The notes: generated from the letters alone by a model not told the origin. A stretch of DNA of 62,924 nt, filler included, from Craspedostauros australis (GCA_030167865.1; 19 parts of 19 records of this genome joined end to end with filler, not necessarily neighbours in it); one strand, 5' to 3'. Positions 11,789 through 24,447 are shown, counted from the first letter of the whole stretch. Numbers and translations: made by a program.

Positions 11789-12958
11789 ATGAACAAGCGG
11801 AGGGAGACGACGGCGACACCAACGGCCAAGCCACGCACTGGTTCCGACCATATATTGCGCGCACCGACTCCATCATCATGCAAGAATAGACCGTCAGCGA
11901 CCAAGCGCAAATTCATCCTCCTCCTTGGGAGTCTCTGCGCGGTCGCTGGCTTCATCTTTGTGACCACAGCAAGCAACGGATGGACGCAACAAACGATGGG
12001 CACGGAGCAATTCGCCAGCAATACTGCGAACAGCAACGCCAATGACCATGACAACGGCATCAACAGAATACACAGCGAACGATCGAACACGCCATCGATC
12101 ACGGATGCGAGTGCCGCTCATCCCATCAACGACGACTTTCCAACGAATAATTTGAGGATTGCATTTCTGGGAGACTCCCTCACGAGGTACACCTACCTCA
12201 GCTTGGTGCATTATTTGAAAAAGAACGAGTGGCCAAAGAATCGTGACAGATTCATGACCATGTCCCCGTCCCTTCCATCACAGGCATGGAACGAGTTCTT
12301 CCAATACACCAACGCGATTCTGCAACCCGAGGAAGCTTGTGACTGCTACAGGAACTGGGAGGGCGCATTCAACGCCGATCTGCACGTGGAGAATCGATAT
12401 TACGTCGATGTGGACCGCAACGTCAGCATCGCCTTCTTCAACAGGTTTGGGCAGCATCCCTTCCATGGGCACTGGAACCGAGACGACGTCAGACTTCAAC
12501 ATCGACGGCAGCGTGATGCCAAGGATCATGGACTCCCGCTGGACCTCCAATCGCGTCCGTTCACCTGGAAGTACCTGGCGTGGCCCAATTTTATTGTGCA
12601 ATACGTCCGACCGTTCCGGCCTGATTTCGTCGTCTTCAATCAGGGCCACTGGTCGGGGCATGACCTGAGAAAGTCAAATGTCGTGCGCAACATCCGAGAT
12701 GCGTTGAACCGAACGGGCATCACGGGTATCTATCGCACGACGACACCGCGCAGGGACGGCAAGATATCTGGCAATCACGATGGCCGTGTGTGCTCCATCA
12801 TACAGCATTGCTGGAATGTGAGTTGGATCGACCAAATTCCGAAGGATGGCGATCACTTCATTGACCCCATTCACTTCCATGCCGAGATCAACAATCGCAT
12901 GGTGCGGCAGTTGATGGAAATGATTCGCGACATTCAAGGCAATGCAGCTAACAGCTGA
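11789..12958 (+). CDS. Type II membrane SGNH/GDSL-like (TBL/PC-esterase-like) protein
   Basis: Single N-terminal TM, RIAFLGDSLTRY (GDS motif), VVFNQGHW and C-terminal DPIH (DxxH); uninterrupted ORF. Confidence 0.8.
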   Translation: MNKRRETTATPTAKPRTGSDHILRAPTPSSCKNRPSATKRKFILLLGSLCAVAGFIFVTTASNGWTQQTMGTEQFASNTANSNANDHDNGINRIHSERSNTPSITDASAAHPINDDFPTNNLRIAFLGDSLTRYTYLSLVHYLKKNEWPKNRDRFMTMSPSLPSQAWNEFFQYTNAILQPEEACDCYRNWEGAFNADLHVENRYYVDVDRNVSIAFFNRFGQHPFHGHWNRDDVRLQHRRQRDAKDHGLPLDLQSRPFTWKYLAWPNFIVQYVRPFRPDFVVFNQGHWSGHDLRKSNVVRNIRDALNRTGITGIYRTTTPRRDGKISGNHDGRVCSIIQHCWNVSWIDQIPKDGDHFIDPIHFHAEINNRMVRQLMEMIRDIQGNAANS

Positions 12959-13189
12959 ATCACGCAGAGGAGCATACAATTTTGAATACTCTCCAGTTTT
13001 GTCAGTGTGCGTGCGACGGAAATATCATGGTGTTGTGCTTGTCGCACAGCACTCGAGAGAGAGAGAGAGAACGAGAGAGTCAAATAGAGAGGCTACCATG
13101 CTTTTGGACCTACCCAGAGCTCGATGCTGTGGCCACACCAAATGTACTCCTTTGCGGATATCTCTCTAGTTCCGTTCATGTAAAAAGTA

Positions 13190-13654
13190 CATCTCCGATC
13201 CTGCGGTGGTGCAAGAAATCCGCGACACCCTCAATGGAACCGGCATCACGGGCATCTACCGAACGACGTCTTCTCGCAACAACTGACAATTCTCACTGAA
13301 TTCCTTGCTTCTTACTCTTTTACTAATCGTACTAGTCAAATACTGGTCGGGGGTTGTCTTCGGACAACACTCACAAATAATCAACAAGAGCTCCGACCAG
13401 GGCACGCAACAACGGGCCAATACGTCTTCCGTAGTTACTTGTGCTTGTTTGACAACGACGACAAGGAATTCGGTCAGCACGATGCTCACGCCTGCTCGAT
13501 GATGGACTACTGTTGGAATGTGAGCTGGACCAAGGAGTTGCCCAAGAACGCGAGCAACTTCGTAGACTACGTGCATCTCCATGCCGAGCCCAATATTCGC
13601 ATGGTACAGCAGCTGCTCGATATCCTCCACGACATCAGAAAGAACCCAAGATAA
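13190..13654 (+). pseudogene. Truncated tandem paralogue (C-terminal part) of the SGNH-like gene, split by a solo LTR
   Basis: VVQEIRDTLNGTGITGIYRTT...CWNVSW...DYVHLHAEPNIRMVQQL aligns to the C-terminus of 11789-12958. Confidence 0.85.
13284..13454. mobile_element. 171-bp solo LTR with a 5-bp target-site duplication
   Basis: TGACAA...TTGACA termini; flanks ACAAC/ACGAC (1 mismatch); removing the insert plus one TSD restores the frame and paralogue spacing (RTTSSRNDDKEFGQHD vs RTTTPRRDGKISGNHD). Confidence 0.8.
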
Positions 13655-14846
13655 AGCCCATCACCACCAAATAAACTGATGCGTTTTTTGCTGACAACGT
13701 GAATGTGGGAGAACGGTCGGCGTTGCGGATGCTCTGGCAAAACCGCATTCCTGTATTTGCTGGCACACTGCCTGATGCAAGTTTTCTCTCGTGCAGAGCA
13801 TTCCGATATCGCTGGATGCAATCATGACTTCAGATAATTGAAGCATTGAGGATGTGTGAGACACGCCAAACATAACAAGAGGAGGAGGAGGTTGTTGCCA
13901 TTGCTGTTTGTGATGCAAACCCACGAGTACGATACGAATACGAGTACGAGTAGTAGTGCAAACACTGGAGGATGACCCCACTCTCCCGAGAGAGTGCTGA
14001 TTCTCATCATTTGACGCGACCGCAGTTGTTGTGTGGAGGGACGCGATAAATGTCGATGAGGCAAGATCATGTGAAGTAGAGTATGTACATGCTACACGTA
14101 GCATTCTCTCTGGAGCTCTGCTCACTCGTTGACCAGGGTACAACTACACTCAAAGATAGCGATTTGTGGTGTTCTGGTGAATGGACGCGCGACTTGGACG
14201 ATCACTCGTTGATTTCAGGAAGAAAACAGAATCTGTTGCGTTTCTTTCTTTTTTGTTGAATCATCGATGAATAGGAAGGTAATCTGGTACTTCTCGAACT
14301 GTGACACTCGCTGTAGTTTTCACAAAACGTCAGAAACTCGCTAACTCCCATTTTTGCAAGTTACGACACACGTGAAACTGATTTAGAGTGAAAAAGAGTA
14401 AAGATGCAGATTATGAGTCTTATCGATGTCGTATGCGTCAGTGCAGTTGTCTCATGTCTGTGTTGTCGGTGATTGGTAGTAGTGGCTATCGTGTAACGCC
14501 GTTTCAACGGTTTCGTACATATCCCGGTTTGGTCCCCTCGATGCGCGGTGGCTGTGCTAGCCGTCGTATCGTCACATTTTGGTTGCATTCGGGATGTACC
14601 TGCTGCATGCCCCACATGTGGACACCACAGGGCGCTCAGCCCACCAACCATGAGCAGAGCCCATGATTGACCACCCTTGGGTACTGTTGCGCAGCGCCGA
14701 GGTCAAAAGAGGACCCGTTGTGCTTGTTCTTTTCGTCTCGGTCCTNNNNNNNNNNNNNNNNNNNNNNNNNNNNNNNNNNNNNNNNNNNNTTAATTAATTA
14801 ANNNNNNNNNNNNNNNNNNNNNNNNNNNNNNNNNNNNNNNNNNNNA

Positions 14847-15984
14847 GCCTTCGCCGAAGCCTGGGGCGCAACTCTCATCGACAATGGTGCCAAGTTCGAC
14901 CCGCTCGCAAGGATGGACAAGGAGAAGATTGGATACGCCTTTTGCACGGATGAGCCGTGGTGCAAGAAGGATTGGTGGTACGCCAAGTTCGAACAGCATG
15001 AAGGTGTGCTGCATGCCGACAAGATCTTCCTTTTCGAGTCCAGGACCTACGTCTCCCGATTCCGCAGATTGTTCTTCGAAATCGCCAAGAATGACAACGA
15101 GGTCTTCAACACATACGACGAGAACAACAAGTGCGGCATCTCCCCCATGTGCGTCGACGATGGTTCCACCGCTTGCTTTGCCGACACCAAGCAGAGCGAC
15201 TTCTGCGGCCCATTCGACTTTGTCGTCATGGATGTCAACAGCGACGAGCAACTCCGTACCAATGACGTGTGGGAATTCTTCACGGATTGCGCAACCTCCT
15301 GGCCATCTTGCACCAGACACGATGTCCGCACCCCCAAGTTTGTCTACGGCAAGTCCCCCAAGGTGCACACCTGGCGAAGCGGCGACACGCGCGTCATCCG
15401 TCTCAAGGGCAACGGTTTTGAGGGTGAGGTTCAGTACCGCTGCGCCAACAACGAGCAAGGTCTGGATCTGTACAACTTCGGACATCAGATGTGGGTCACC
15501 GATCTCTTCAAGAAGAAGAAGAGCGAGTGCACGGAAAGCCCAACCGACTCACCAACTGCATGCCAGGACGGATTCCTCACCAAGCCACCGGTCAACATCA
15601 ACATCGTCATCGACATCTCCTATTCCAGCTACCTCACCCAATTCGGCGGTTCCCACATTGGCGACCTCAACGGCGACGGCAAGGCGAACACGATCTTGGA
15701 TGCAGAGATTGGCGCGGTCCTCCAGCTGCTCAAGGTCATCGAAAACTCCGACGTTCTGGATAACGACAACGTGGACCTTGGTGTTGTGGTGTTCGAGACC
15801 TCCGGCTTCTACAAGGGCGACTACATGCCAGCAGGACGCTACAAGCCCCTCAACAGCAACGGAGACGGCGTCAACCCCGAACTCCTCAAAGATCTCCGTG
15901 GCATCCAGACCCTCAAAACGAACGCCACCGTCATCTACCAGAACAAGGGTTTCACCAACTTCGACGATGCCTTGGACAAGTCCA
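14847..15984 (+). CDS. Partial Cys-containing protein with a von Willebrand A domain (both ends in gaps)
   Basis: Open across the contig with strong codon bias; INIVIDISYSS (MIDAS DxSxS), VVVFET and TNFDDAL motifs. Confidence 0.8.
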
Positions 15985-16083
15985 NNNNNNNNNNNNNNNN
16001 NNNNNNNNNNNNNNNNNNNNNNNNNNNNTTAATTAATTAANNNNNNNNNNNNNNNNNNNNNNNNNNNNNNNNNNNNNNNNNNN

Positions 16084-17237
16084 NGTCTAGCTCCGCCTGA
16101 GTTGGCTTGTGCATATCCATGTATGCGAGGCCTTGACGCACGGTGAGCGGGATGATGAATCCGTCTGGTGTGACGATGGTTTGCCGGCCGCCAGGGAGGT
16201 TCTTGGGTCTCTCGTTGACATCCAATCCAAACGCCGCGAGTTGGTTGGCAGAATGGATGGTGCGCCCTTTCCCGTAGTTGGCGTACTGATGGAACCAACC
16301 GANNNNNNNNNNNNNNNNNNNNNNNNNNNNNNNNNNNNNNNNNNNNNNNGCCAGATCCTTGATCTCTGCGTCACCAATTCCAGAAACATCGGCCCGGTTG
16401 GACGTGGACTCCATCACCAGCATGTCATCGCCAACGAGACCGCCGTTGGCACCTCCATCCACCAATGCGCCTTGCACAGTTACGTTCGTGTTGTTGAACT
16501 TGTACGATACGTTCGTGTGAGACAGGGTGTAGGTGCGACCATCAACGACGAGGGTAGCCGGCGGGCTCCTGGACGAGCTAGACATGGCATTGGAAAGCAT
16601 ACGGTTGATGGCTGTTCCAGCGGTAGAACTAGATTCGTTATTGTTACTACCATTGTCGTTGGTCTGAGTGCCCTGTTGGTTGTTCTGGTTGGATGTGGAT
16701 CCACTGCGGTTGGTGGTGTTGGCGGAACGCCTAGGCTTGTCCTTCTTACCACGTCCAGACTTGGCTCGCCGGGCTTGGAGGAAGTCGCTGCGTTGCTTAT
16801 CCGACAGCTTCTGGAACTCCTCTCGCGGCAGCCGTTCTCGCGTCTCCTTGCTGTAGTCCTTGTTGGGCTTCCAGAGATTGGGTCCGTCGTCCTTATCCTT
16901 CCCGCGTTGCTTGCGCTGGTCGGTGTTGTTGACCTGGCGCGGCGGCTTTGGCTTGTTGGCGTCGTGGCCATCGAGTTGGACAGCGTACGAACGGACGAGC
17001 TCAACGAGGGTATCGAACTCCATGGTGGTTGCGGACTTGCCAGGTGAGTAGGCCAGGATAGCGGTCTGCAGGTAGTCAGTCTGGAAGATAGACTGGTACA
17101 GAGCCTTGTCTGCCTCGATGGCGTTGGTCAACCACTCCTTCTTCGTTGCGTCATCGATTGGATCATCACGCAAAGCCTCAAGTTCGTGAACCTTGTGTTG
17201 CCACAGGTCCAGAAACTGTTCACGAGTCTTGCGCCAC
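16084..17237 (-). mobile_element. Ty1/Copia (CoDi-like) gag-protease fragment
   Basis: Open frame with aspartic protease motif ALVDGGANGG and downstream FHQYA...IHSANQL...TPDGFIIPL segments typical of diatom Copia polyproteins. Confidence 0.8.
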
Positions 17238-17337
17238 NNNNNNNNNNNNNNNNNNNNNNNNNNNNNNNNNNNNNNNNNNNNTTAATTAATTAANNNNNNN
17301 NNNNNNNNNNNNNNNNNNNNNNNNNNNNNNNNNNNNN

Positions 17338-17636
17338 AACGAACGGAGTGTCGAATGCGGAGTACGCATCGAGCACGGAGTATCGTGTGGCACGAGCACA
17401 CGATGTTGAGAGAGAGAGAGAGAGAATAAAGAGAGGAGCGAGAGAGCATCTCGTGTACCGACTCATAGTCGGAGACCGAATCTACGAAACAGATTGAAGC
17501 ACCGAGAGCATCGGGCAAGAGATCGGGCGTACACCGAGAGGATCGGAGTAGCCAACTAATGAAATAGCAAACGAACGACTATCAACCAACACCATCTTCC
17601 ACGATCGTAGGTTACCGTGAGCGGAACTTGCCAACA
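17338..17636 (-). mobile_element. LTR family A, partial copy 2
   Basis: Near-identical to 2863-3177; ends GGAACTTGCCAACA. Confidence 0.85.
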
Positions 17637-19280
17637 ACCGTCAATTGAGCAACATAGCCCTGAACAAGATCCCATTGTGGTATCATTGCCAGATGGGAAC
17701 TTGGGGACTTGGGCATATTCTGGATGAAGTGCTTCTTCTAACGAATGACTTGGATGTGGCTCGGTTTTGGCATTTGAGAGGAGTTGAGTGATATCAATAG
17801 AGAGCGATTCCACCTTGTGGTATGGTACTGACAAGGACAAATGGGCATCCTGCTTGTGCGTTTGCGTTCCCGATGCCTCTGGAGGGCGGGCCTTGTTGTT
17901 GTCGTTTAAATCACCAGGATCTGTTTTGGAATCTGTTGCGGCATCTTCACGAGGTGTGCAGGCAGAGCATACTTGAAGAATGTACTCACGGAGTCAGAGA
18001 CAACCAGAATTGGTGAACCCCTCCATGGGTGTGTCCGCTGGTGTTTGCAGGCCATCTATATTGTGAATGGTGGATGCCTGGTGAGACGAACATACTCTAT
18101 ATAGAGCCCATATCCAACAATGGCATTTGGTGCCCAATTGTGTCCTTTGCTTCTTGACCTGACATGGGCCCAAATCAACCACTATCACATGCCACTCTTG
18201 CCCATCCACGAATCTTCCCATGGGGGTTCACCTATGTTCTTGGATAATGCACGCATTGGACTGGTGGTTGGTGTGGTGCCATTGCTGCTGTTCGAAGACC
18301 CTTGTAGAATTATGTTGTGTTTCTCCATTGTCATCTTGTTGTGCAGAGTTTGATGTTCTCAACCGTGGCTTGCTGTTAGGGGACGTGGAGATTACCCAGA
18401 ATCGTACCGCATGTACGCAAGGAACAGGGTACAAAACACTTTGCGAGTCAGGAAGCCACAAAACCATTCCATCACAAAGAAACGCAGCTGACGATGTTCC
18501 ACAACGTGTTGTGGTTGGTGTTTCACAATGTAGTATCTATTTCCTGTCACGTAGAGGACGGATCAGAGAGAACAAGCATGAACTAGATCTTATTGTGCAA
18601 TTGCCACTTTTCCCAATAGCAACCATTTCGGAGCAAACCAGTGCACAAACTCTATAACTAGTGTAATCGTTAGAGCATCGAAAGCGATCTGCAGGATGGC
18701 AGTTGCACGATCACATGATCACCATGATGGTTATCTTCAGCCCAACGGTATTCACCACCATGAAGGTAGCGAGGAGTTGGTATCCTGTCGCTGTTTGCGT
18801 TGCTGCTGAAGATCACAATTTGGCTTCTCCTTCGCCGATTCCGTGACAAAGGATCGAATTATTCGATGGAGCGCGTCGCTGTTGTGCGAGTTCCGCCACG
18901 TCACGCACTTCCTCCAGCTGAAACGTCTGCCTCGCACTTCACTCCGAATCTTTGTTCTTCACCGTCCATCCTCTCTGAAGAGCCACTGGAAACCAACGCA
19001 AAGCGCAAAAGGGCGCAATCGAGGGATGACACAGAGGATGCGCACGAGTGCACATGTGGTTGGTACCTTGTCAATGTAGGAGGTCTGGCGTCAACTGGCG
19101 GCGACGGCATCGCATGAAACACCCACCCAGCATTGTGCACATCTTTGTACAAACATTTGTTCGTCGCTCCGAAAAGGAGGAGCAGTGATGTCCAATGGCC
19201 CTGGCCCTCCGCCTCGCTACTGCAGAATCCCCACCCACAGCACCACATGTGAACAGCAAACAGTAAACAGCAGACAACCA

Positions 19281-20310
19281 CACGAGCAGCATGAGCATCG
19301 CCAGCTAAAGCAACACGAGCAGCCGCATGAGCATCGCCAGTGCCAGCCACACGAGCAGCAGACAGCAGCATGAGCATCGCCAGTGCCAGCCACACGAGCA
19401 GCCGCATGAAGAGCGCCAGCTCCAGCCACACGAGCAGCAGCATGAGCATCGCCAGTGCCAGCAACACGAGCAGCAGCACGAAGATCGCCAGTGCCAGCCA
19501 CACCAACAGCAGACAGCAGCATGAGCATCGCCAGCTCCAGCAACACGAGCAGCAGCATGAGCATCGCCAGCTAAAGCAACACGAGCAGCAGCATGAGCAT
19601 CGCCAGTGCCAGCCACACGAGCAGCAGCATGAAGAGCGCCAGCGCCAGCTCCAGCCACATGAGCAGCAGCACGGAGACCGTCAGTGCCAGCCACACAAGC
19701 AGCAGCATGAGCATCGCCAGTGCCAGCAACACGAGCAGCAGCACGAAGATCGCCAGTGCCAGCCACACCAACAGCAGACAGCAGCATGAGCATCCCCAGC
19801 TCCAGCAACACGAGCAGCAGCATGAGCATTGCCAGTGCCAGCCACACCAACAGCAGACAGCAGCATGAGCATCGCCAGTGCCAGCAACACGAGCAGCAGC
19901 ATGAGCATCGCCAGTGCCAGCCACACAAGCAGCAGCATGAGCATTGCCAGCTCCAGCCACACGAGCAGCAGCATGAAGAGCGCCAGCTCCAGCCACACAA
20001 GCAGCAGCATGAGGAGCGCCAGTGCCAGCCACACCAACAGCAGACAGCAGCATGAGCATCGCCAGCTCCAGCAACACGAGCAGCAGCACGAAGAGCGCCA
20101 GCTCCAGCCACACCAACAGCAGACAGCAGACAGCAGCAACATGAGCATCGAAAGCTCCAGCAACACGAGCAGCCGCACGAGGAGCGCCAGCTCCAGAATC
20201 ACAAGCAGCAGCACGAGGAGCGCCAGCTCCAGCCACACCAACAGCAGACAGCAGCATGAGCATCGCCAGCTCCAGCAACACGAGCAGCAGCATGAGGAGC
20301 GCCAGCACCA
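19281..20310. repeat. ~1-kb minisatellite of 36-bp units with interspersed 43-bp variants
   Basis: Consensus CACGAGCAGCAGCATGAGCATCGCCAGTGCCAGCCA; variants add about 7 nt (ACAGCAG) and shift the frame. Confidence 0.95.
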
Positions 20311-20627
20311 GCAGACTGCACACAGCATACAGTACACAGCAAGTGAGCAATCGCCACCGAATGACAATATTTCCCAATAATGTCAACATCAAACTCTTCC
20401 ATCTTTGTCGAGTCTTTCTAGAAGTATCGCCCATAGCTAGTTCCATGTTGCTACTTGGTGTCCGCGATGAGTTCTGCTGTCCGTTTCCATTTTGGTGGTG
20501 TCCTCTGCGCAGATTGTCAACGAATGTATGATAATTGGCTTGTTCTCCAGAGAGAGGCTTGTCAGCAGATTGCGTGTTGAACATGAACAAGTAGTGATCT
20601 GCGTGTACTTTACTGATGGTTCAAATG

Positions 20628-21875
20628 TTATTGCTGTTCGTTTCCACATTGGTGGTTGGATTTTTGTGCGGTTGTTCGTGGTGGCTGTTCTGTGTGTTTT
20701 GGCGCCAATTTTCTCTTTCTTGGGTTTGGCATCGTCTTGTTGAGATGGGCTTGTACACGGTCCGGTGTTGTTTGCCATCTGAGAAGCCAATCGTGCTGCA
20801 CAAATTCCATCACCTTTTCATGTGCTTCATGTTTCAATGCAGCTTTCCTGGTCTTTGGATCATTCAGGTTGTAGTAGCCATCGAGAAATGCCTTGATGTG
20901 CGGTGCCAGTGGAACACGTTTCCTTGACTTGGTCATGGCCCACCCAGCACTCATTTTCGGTGGATGCAAGGCAGTTCTGGTGGGTTCTGCCAATGTGTGC
21001 TTCATCACAACATCTCCAATCCCGCTCTCTTTCACAGCTTGAGCACATGCAGTGGCAATACTATGTGCCTCTTCATCTTCTGGAACAAGATCATCTTCCC
21101 CCCTGCGCTTTGTTGTTGGCAATTTGGTTGTCAGAGCGGGTTTGTTGGACTTCTCACCAAACTTGCAGCTGATTGCAAGATCCTCCTTTGGATGCTCATC
21201 CAGCTGCTCCTTGTGAACCGTGACAGGTTCTGAAACCCCTGAAGATGCATTCACATCCACATGATCATCATACCATTTGACGTGATGCGTAGCTCTCACC
21301 GAAGCAAAGTTCACCTTGAACTTTTTTGTTGACTTGATTGACTTTTTCAGCTTGGATGCGTCGACAAGCACCACAATTGTTCCTGCTATCTTTGCTTGAT
21401 TCACTGCCTCGAAGATTTCCGATTCTGTTGTCACCTTGAAGCCCCCCTTCAGATATGAGTCCAACACACGAGTAATGAAGCTGAAATGGGTATCAAGCCG
21501 ACACTTACCCGTCTGTGCCTCGGAATACACCCACTCCTTGATGTTTGGTAGGTGCTGATTCTCTGCATCGTTGTTCAGGTGGAAGATGTATGGAATCAAT
21601 TCTTGGCTTGCAAAGCAACTGGCATTGTCACTTTGCATGATGACCTCTGTCACATTTGGGTATTCAACATGAATCCGCTTCATCAGGAGCTTCAACACGC
21701 CTGCAACTTGATTGTGATCTTGAGTAGAGTAGCCAGCAATGACAAAGTCCATGAACTCGAACTTAAATAGGCCATTCTTACAGGTCACTATCATTGCACC
21801 AAGCAGTGACATACCTGTCTTGCCGTAGTACTGTGTCTGAGCTTCCTTTGGCCACCGTGGCAACGTTTTCTGTTG
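20628..21875 (-). mobile_element. Sola3-like DDD transposase, 5' part displaced by an LTR insertion
   Basis: K.LP...EAQ..YYGKTG, QSDNASCF and SEAQTGKCRLD motifs; homologous to 61518-62924. The first ~17 residues of the listed ORF come from the LTR. Confidence 0.7.
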
Positions 21876-21958
21876 TGTCGAGATGTACATGTGAGTATAT
21901 GTCGAGATGTACGTGTATATGTGCATCGTTCACCCGCTATTCTCTCATACGCACTTGG
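21876..21958 (+). mobile_element. LTR family B, partial copy 1 (inserted into the Sola3-like ORF)
   Basis: Starts TGTCGAGATGTACATG; near-identical to 29284-29364 and to the reverse complement of part of 39442-39744. Confidence 0.85.
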
Positions 21959-23086
21959 NNNNNNNNNNNNNNNNNNNNNNNNNNNNNNNNNNNNNNNNNN
22001 NNTTAATTAATTAANNNNNNNNNNNNNNNNNNNNNNNNNNNNNNNNNNNNNNNNNNNNTATTTGGTCGGATGTGATGATCTGCACAGGTCTGAGACAAAG
22101 TGAGGAAGGAGAGGATACGATGAAAGGGCACCATTCATTGACAGGCACAGCAACTATTACTACTACTACACTACTAGGGCGAGCACAAGCATGGAACACA
22201 ACANNNNNNNNNNNNNNNNNNNNNNNNNNNNNNNNNNNNNNNNNNNNNNNNNNNNNNNNNNNNNNNNNNNNNNNNNNNNNNNNNNNNNNNNNNNNNNNNN
22301 NNNNNNNNNNNNNNNNNNNNNNNNNNNNNNNNTTGTGACGAGCAAAATGTGAGATCATGTCGCAGATGCTAACGTGTATTTAACGCGTACCAAACGAACG
22401 ACAATCCCGGCGTCTATTCCATGATTGGATACCATACGATAAATGCGTGAGAACATGATCGAACTTTCTGCAAAATAACTAGGAATTTCATGGGGATCGA
22501 CCCATACGACTTCAGAAAGCCTTTGAATATGCATAAAACTTAAAATAGGATCTATCTCAAAAATGTAATGGTTAATTATTTACAAGGAGAGGTGGGAGAA
22601 TACGATTATATGCTTGGTTTGGATCTACTGAAAAAATGTTCTTGAGTCCCGTAACAAAGTGCAGGTCGACTCACTAAGGCGGCTCCTATTGGAAACACGG
22701 TCGAAGTGGTCAACCGTAGCCATCAGTCACAAACAACACAACATCAGCAAAACGAGAACACACAGCAACACCACAAGGAACACAGAACGGGACGAAACGC
22801 AGCGGACATCACGTGCAAAACAGGCACACACGAACACAGAAGCACAACGACACAACACGACAAATCTTTCATCGCAGCACAAGGCCAAACGTCGCCTCTC
22901 AGTTCACCCACAAACACCAGCCGGAGGGAACGCCCACACCAAGCCTGGCTGAGTCGAGTTGAGCTGACGGAAAGGTGTCGGAAGATCACCAACTGCCACT
23001 GTCATTGCCGTCGTTGTCGCCATTGCCGTCAGTAATCCATATAGTACACGTGATACCTGGACTACTACATCCACGAAGGCACAGAG

Positions 23087-23215
23087 ATGAAGCAGAAGCA
23101 GAAGCAGCGGGCATCAACGAGAAGATATTCCTGCGGGAGGGTTATTCTGGCGATCGGGGTCGTGCTATCCGTCGCCCAGCTCTTGGCCCACATCAAAACC
23201 ACCCCGGTGAGTTTC
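23087..23215 (+). CDS. Possible N-terminus of a type II membrane protein, cut by a gap
   Basis: MKQKQKQRASTRRYSCGRVILAIGVVLSVAQLLAHIK: basic stretch followed by a hydrophobic helix. Confidence 0.3.
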
Positions 23216-24447
23216 NNNNNNNNNNNNNNNNNNNNNNNNNNNNNNNNNNNNNNNNNNNNTTAATTAATTAANNNNNNNNNNNNNNNNNNNNNNNNNNNNN
23301 NNNNNNNNNNNNNNNGACTTCACTGGACAGTTTCCATCCGAGATTGGTCAACTCACAGCGCTCACCTATCTTGATCTACAAGGGACCAATTTCACTAGAC
23401 CGCTTCCAACTCAGCTTGGCCTCCTCACATCATTGGAAATAACCGGAATTTCCGGAATCTAATTCACTCCAATGGTCTCAACACAACTGGCCAAGCTTAT
23501 GAGCCCATTCAGTCACAAACCAACGAGTCACAGGGGGAGCAGTCTACTACTCCGCTCGGACGAGTTTGCAGCACCTTGCCGGCTCGCAGTTCGGTTGGAT
23601 GCCGTTCAGTGTTTTGGGAGCCGCGGCAATTTTGGAGAGAGCCCTTTGCAATGACGTTCCCGGCAAGCCTGACAGGTTGTCACGTTGCTGGACATGATGA
23701 CGTGGGTTGAAATGTCTGCGACCTTTGAACTTTCTTCGAGCTCCTTTGTGCATACCATATACTGAGTACCTTGGTGTGATACTACAAATTTGATGTGATA
23801 CCATTCGTATAGAGCATGCGCCTCATCCGGCACACTCAGTTTATCTTCGACAGTGAATCGGGTTCTCCACTATTCTCCCGTGCGTGCCCACTGTGACAAA
23901 GTAGACAAAAATACATAGGCACATCCATACACACAGCGCGCTGCTCATCGCGCACTCCTACCTTTGTCAGACTCAACTGAAAGGCAATGCGTTACTTTGC
24001 ACCATACTATAATCGTCCAGGGTATCCATGTTGGTGCCTGCTTCCTGCTCGTGTCATCCTTGTCGTCTCCTCATGCTTCATCATGCAGATCCTGCTAGTT
24101 GTTGCTCCCTTGCTCTCCCCTCTGCTCCTACTCACATTCGTACGCACGGTTGCGCCAATGCCCTTGCCTGTGGTCCAATAGTTGTCTGCATACTCTTGCA
24201 ATCCATCCTACTTCATTTTCTCCATCAGTTAGGATTCGGGCGTAGACGGCGCGAATTGGTGGAGAATGCCTCTTGGATCTGCCGGCTTCGGGATAGCCAT
24301 GTAGTGCAGTTCAAGAGAGGTGTATTGATTGAAGAGTTGTTACTGTAACGATGAGTAGTAGAGTGCTTTTTAGCTAATCCTTGTTTGTTTATTATGAGTT
24401 AGTTTGGTAGTGTTAGTAGGGTGAAGAAACGATGCCACACAACTTGG

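Noticed and set aside
14790..17047. Alternative long ORFs 14884..16032, 14790..15485 and 16109..17047
   Set aside because: Off-frame or antisense shadows of the VWA and gag-protease frames.
18901..20590. Long Cys/Trp-rich, Leu-rich or His/Gln-rich ORFs (metallothionein-like or membrane proteins)
   Set aside because: Products of the minisatellite; each ORF switches repeat type at the +7-nt units.
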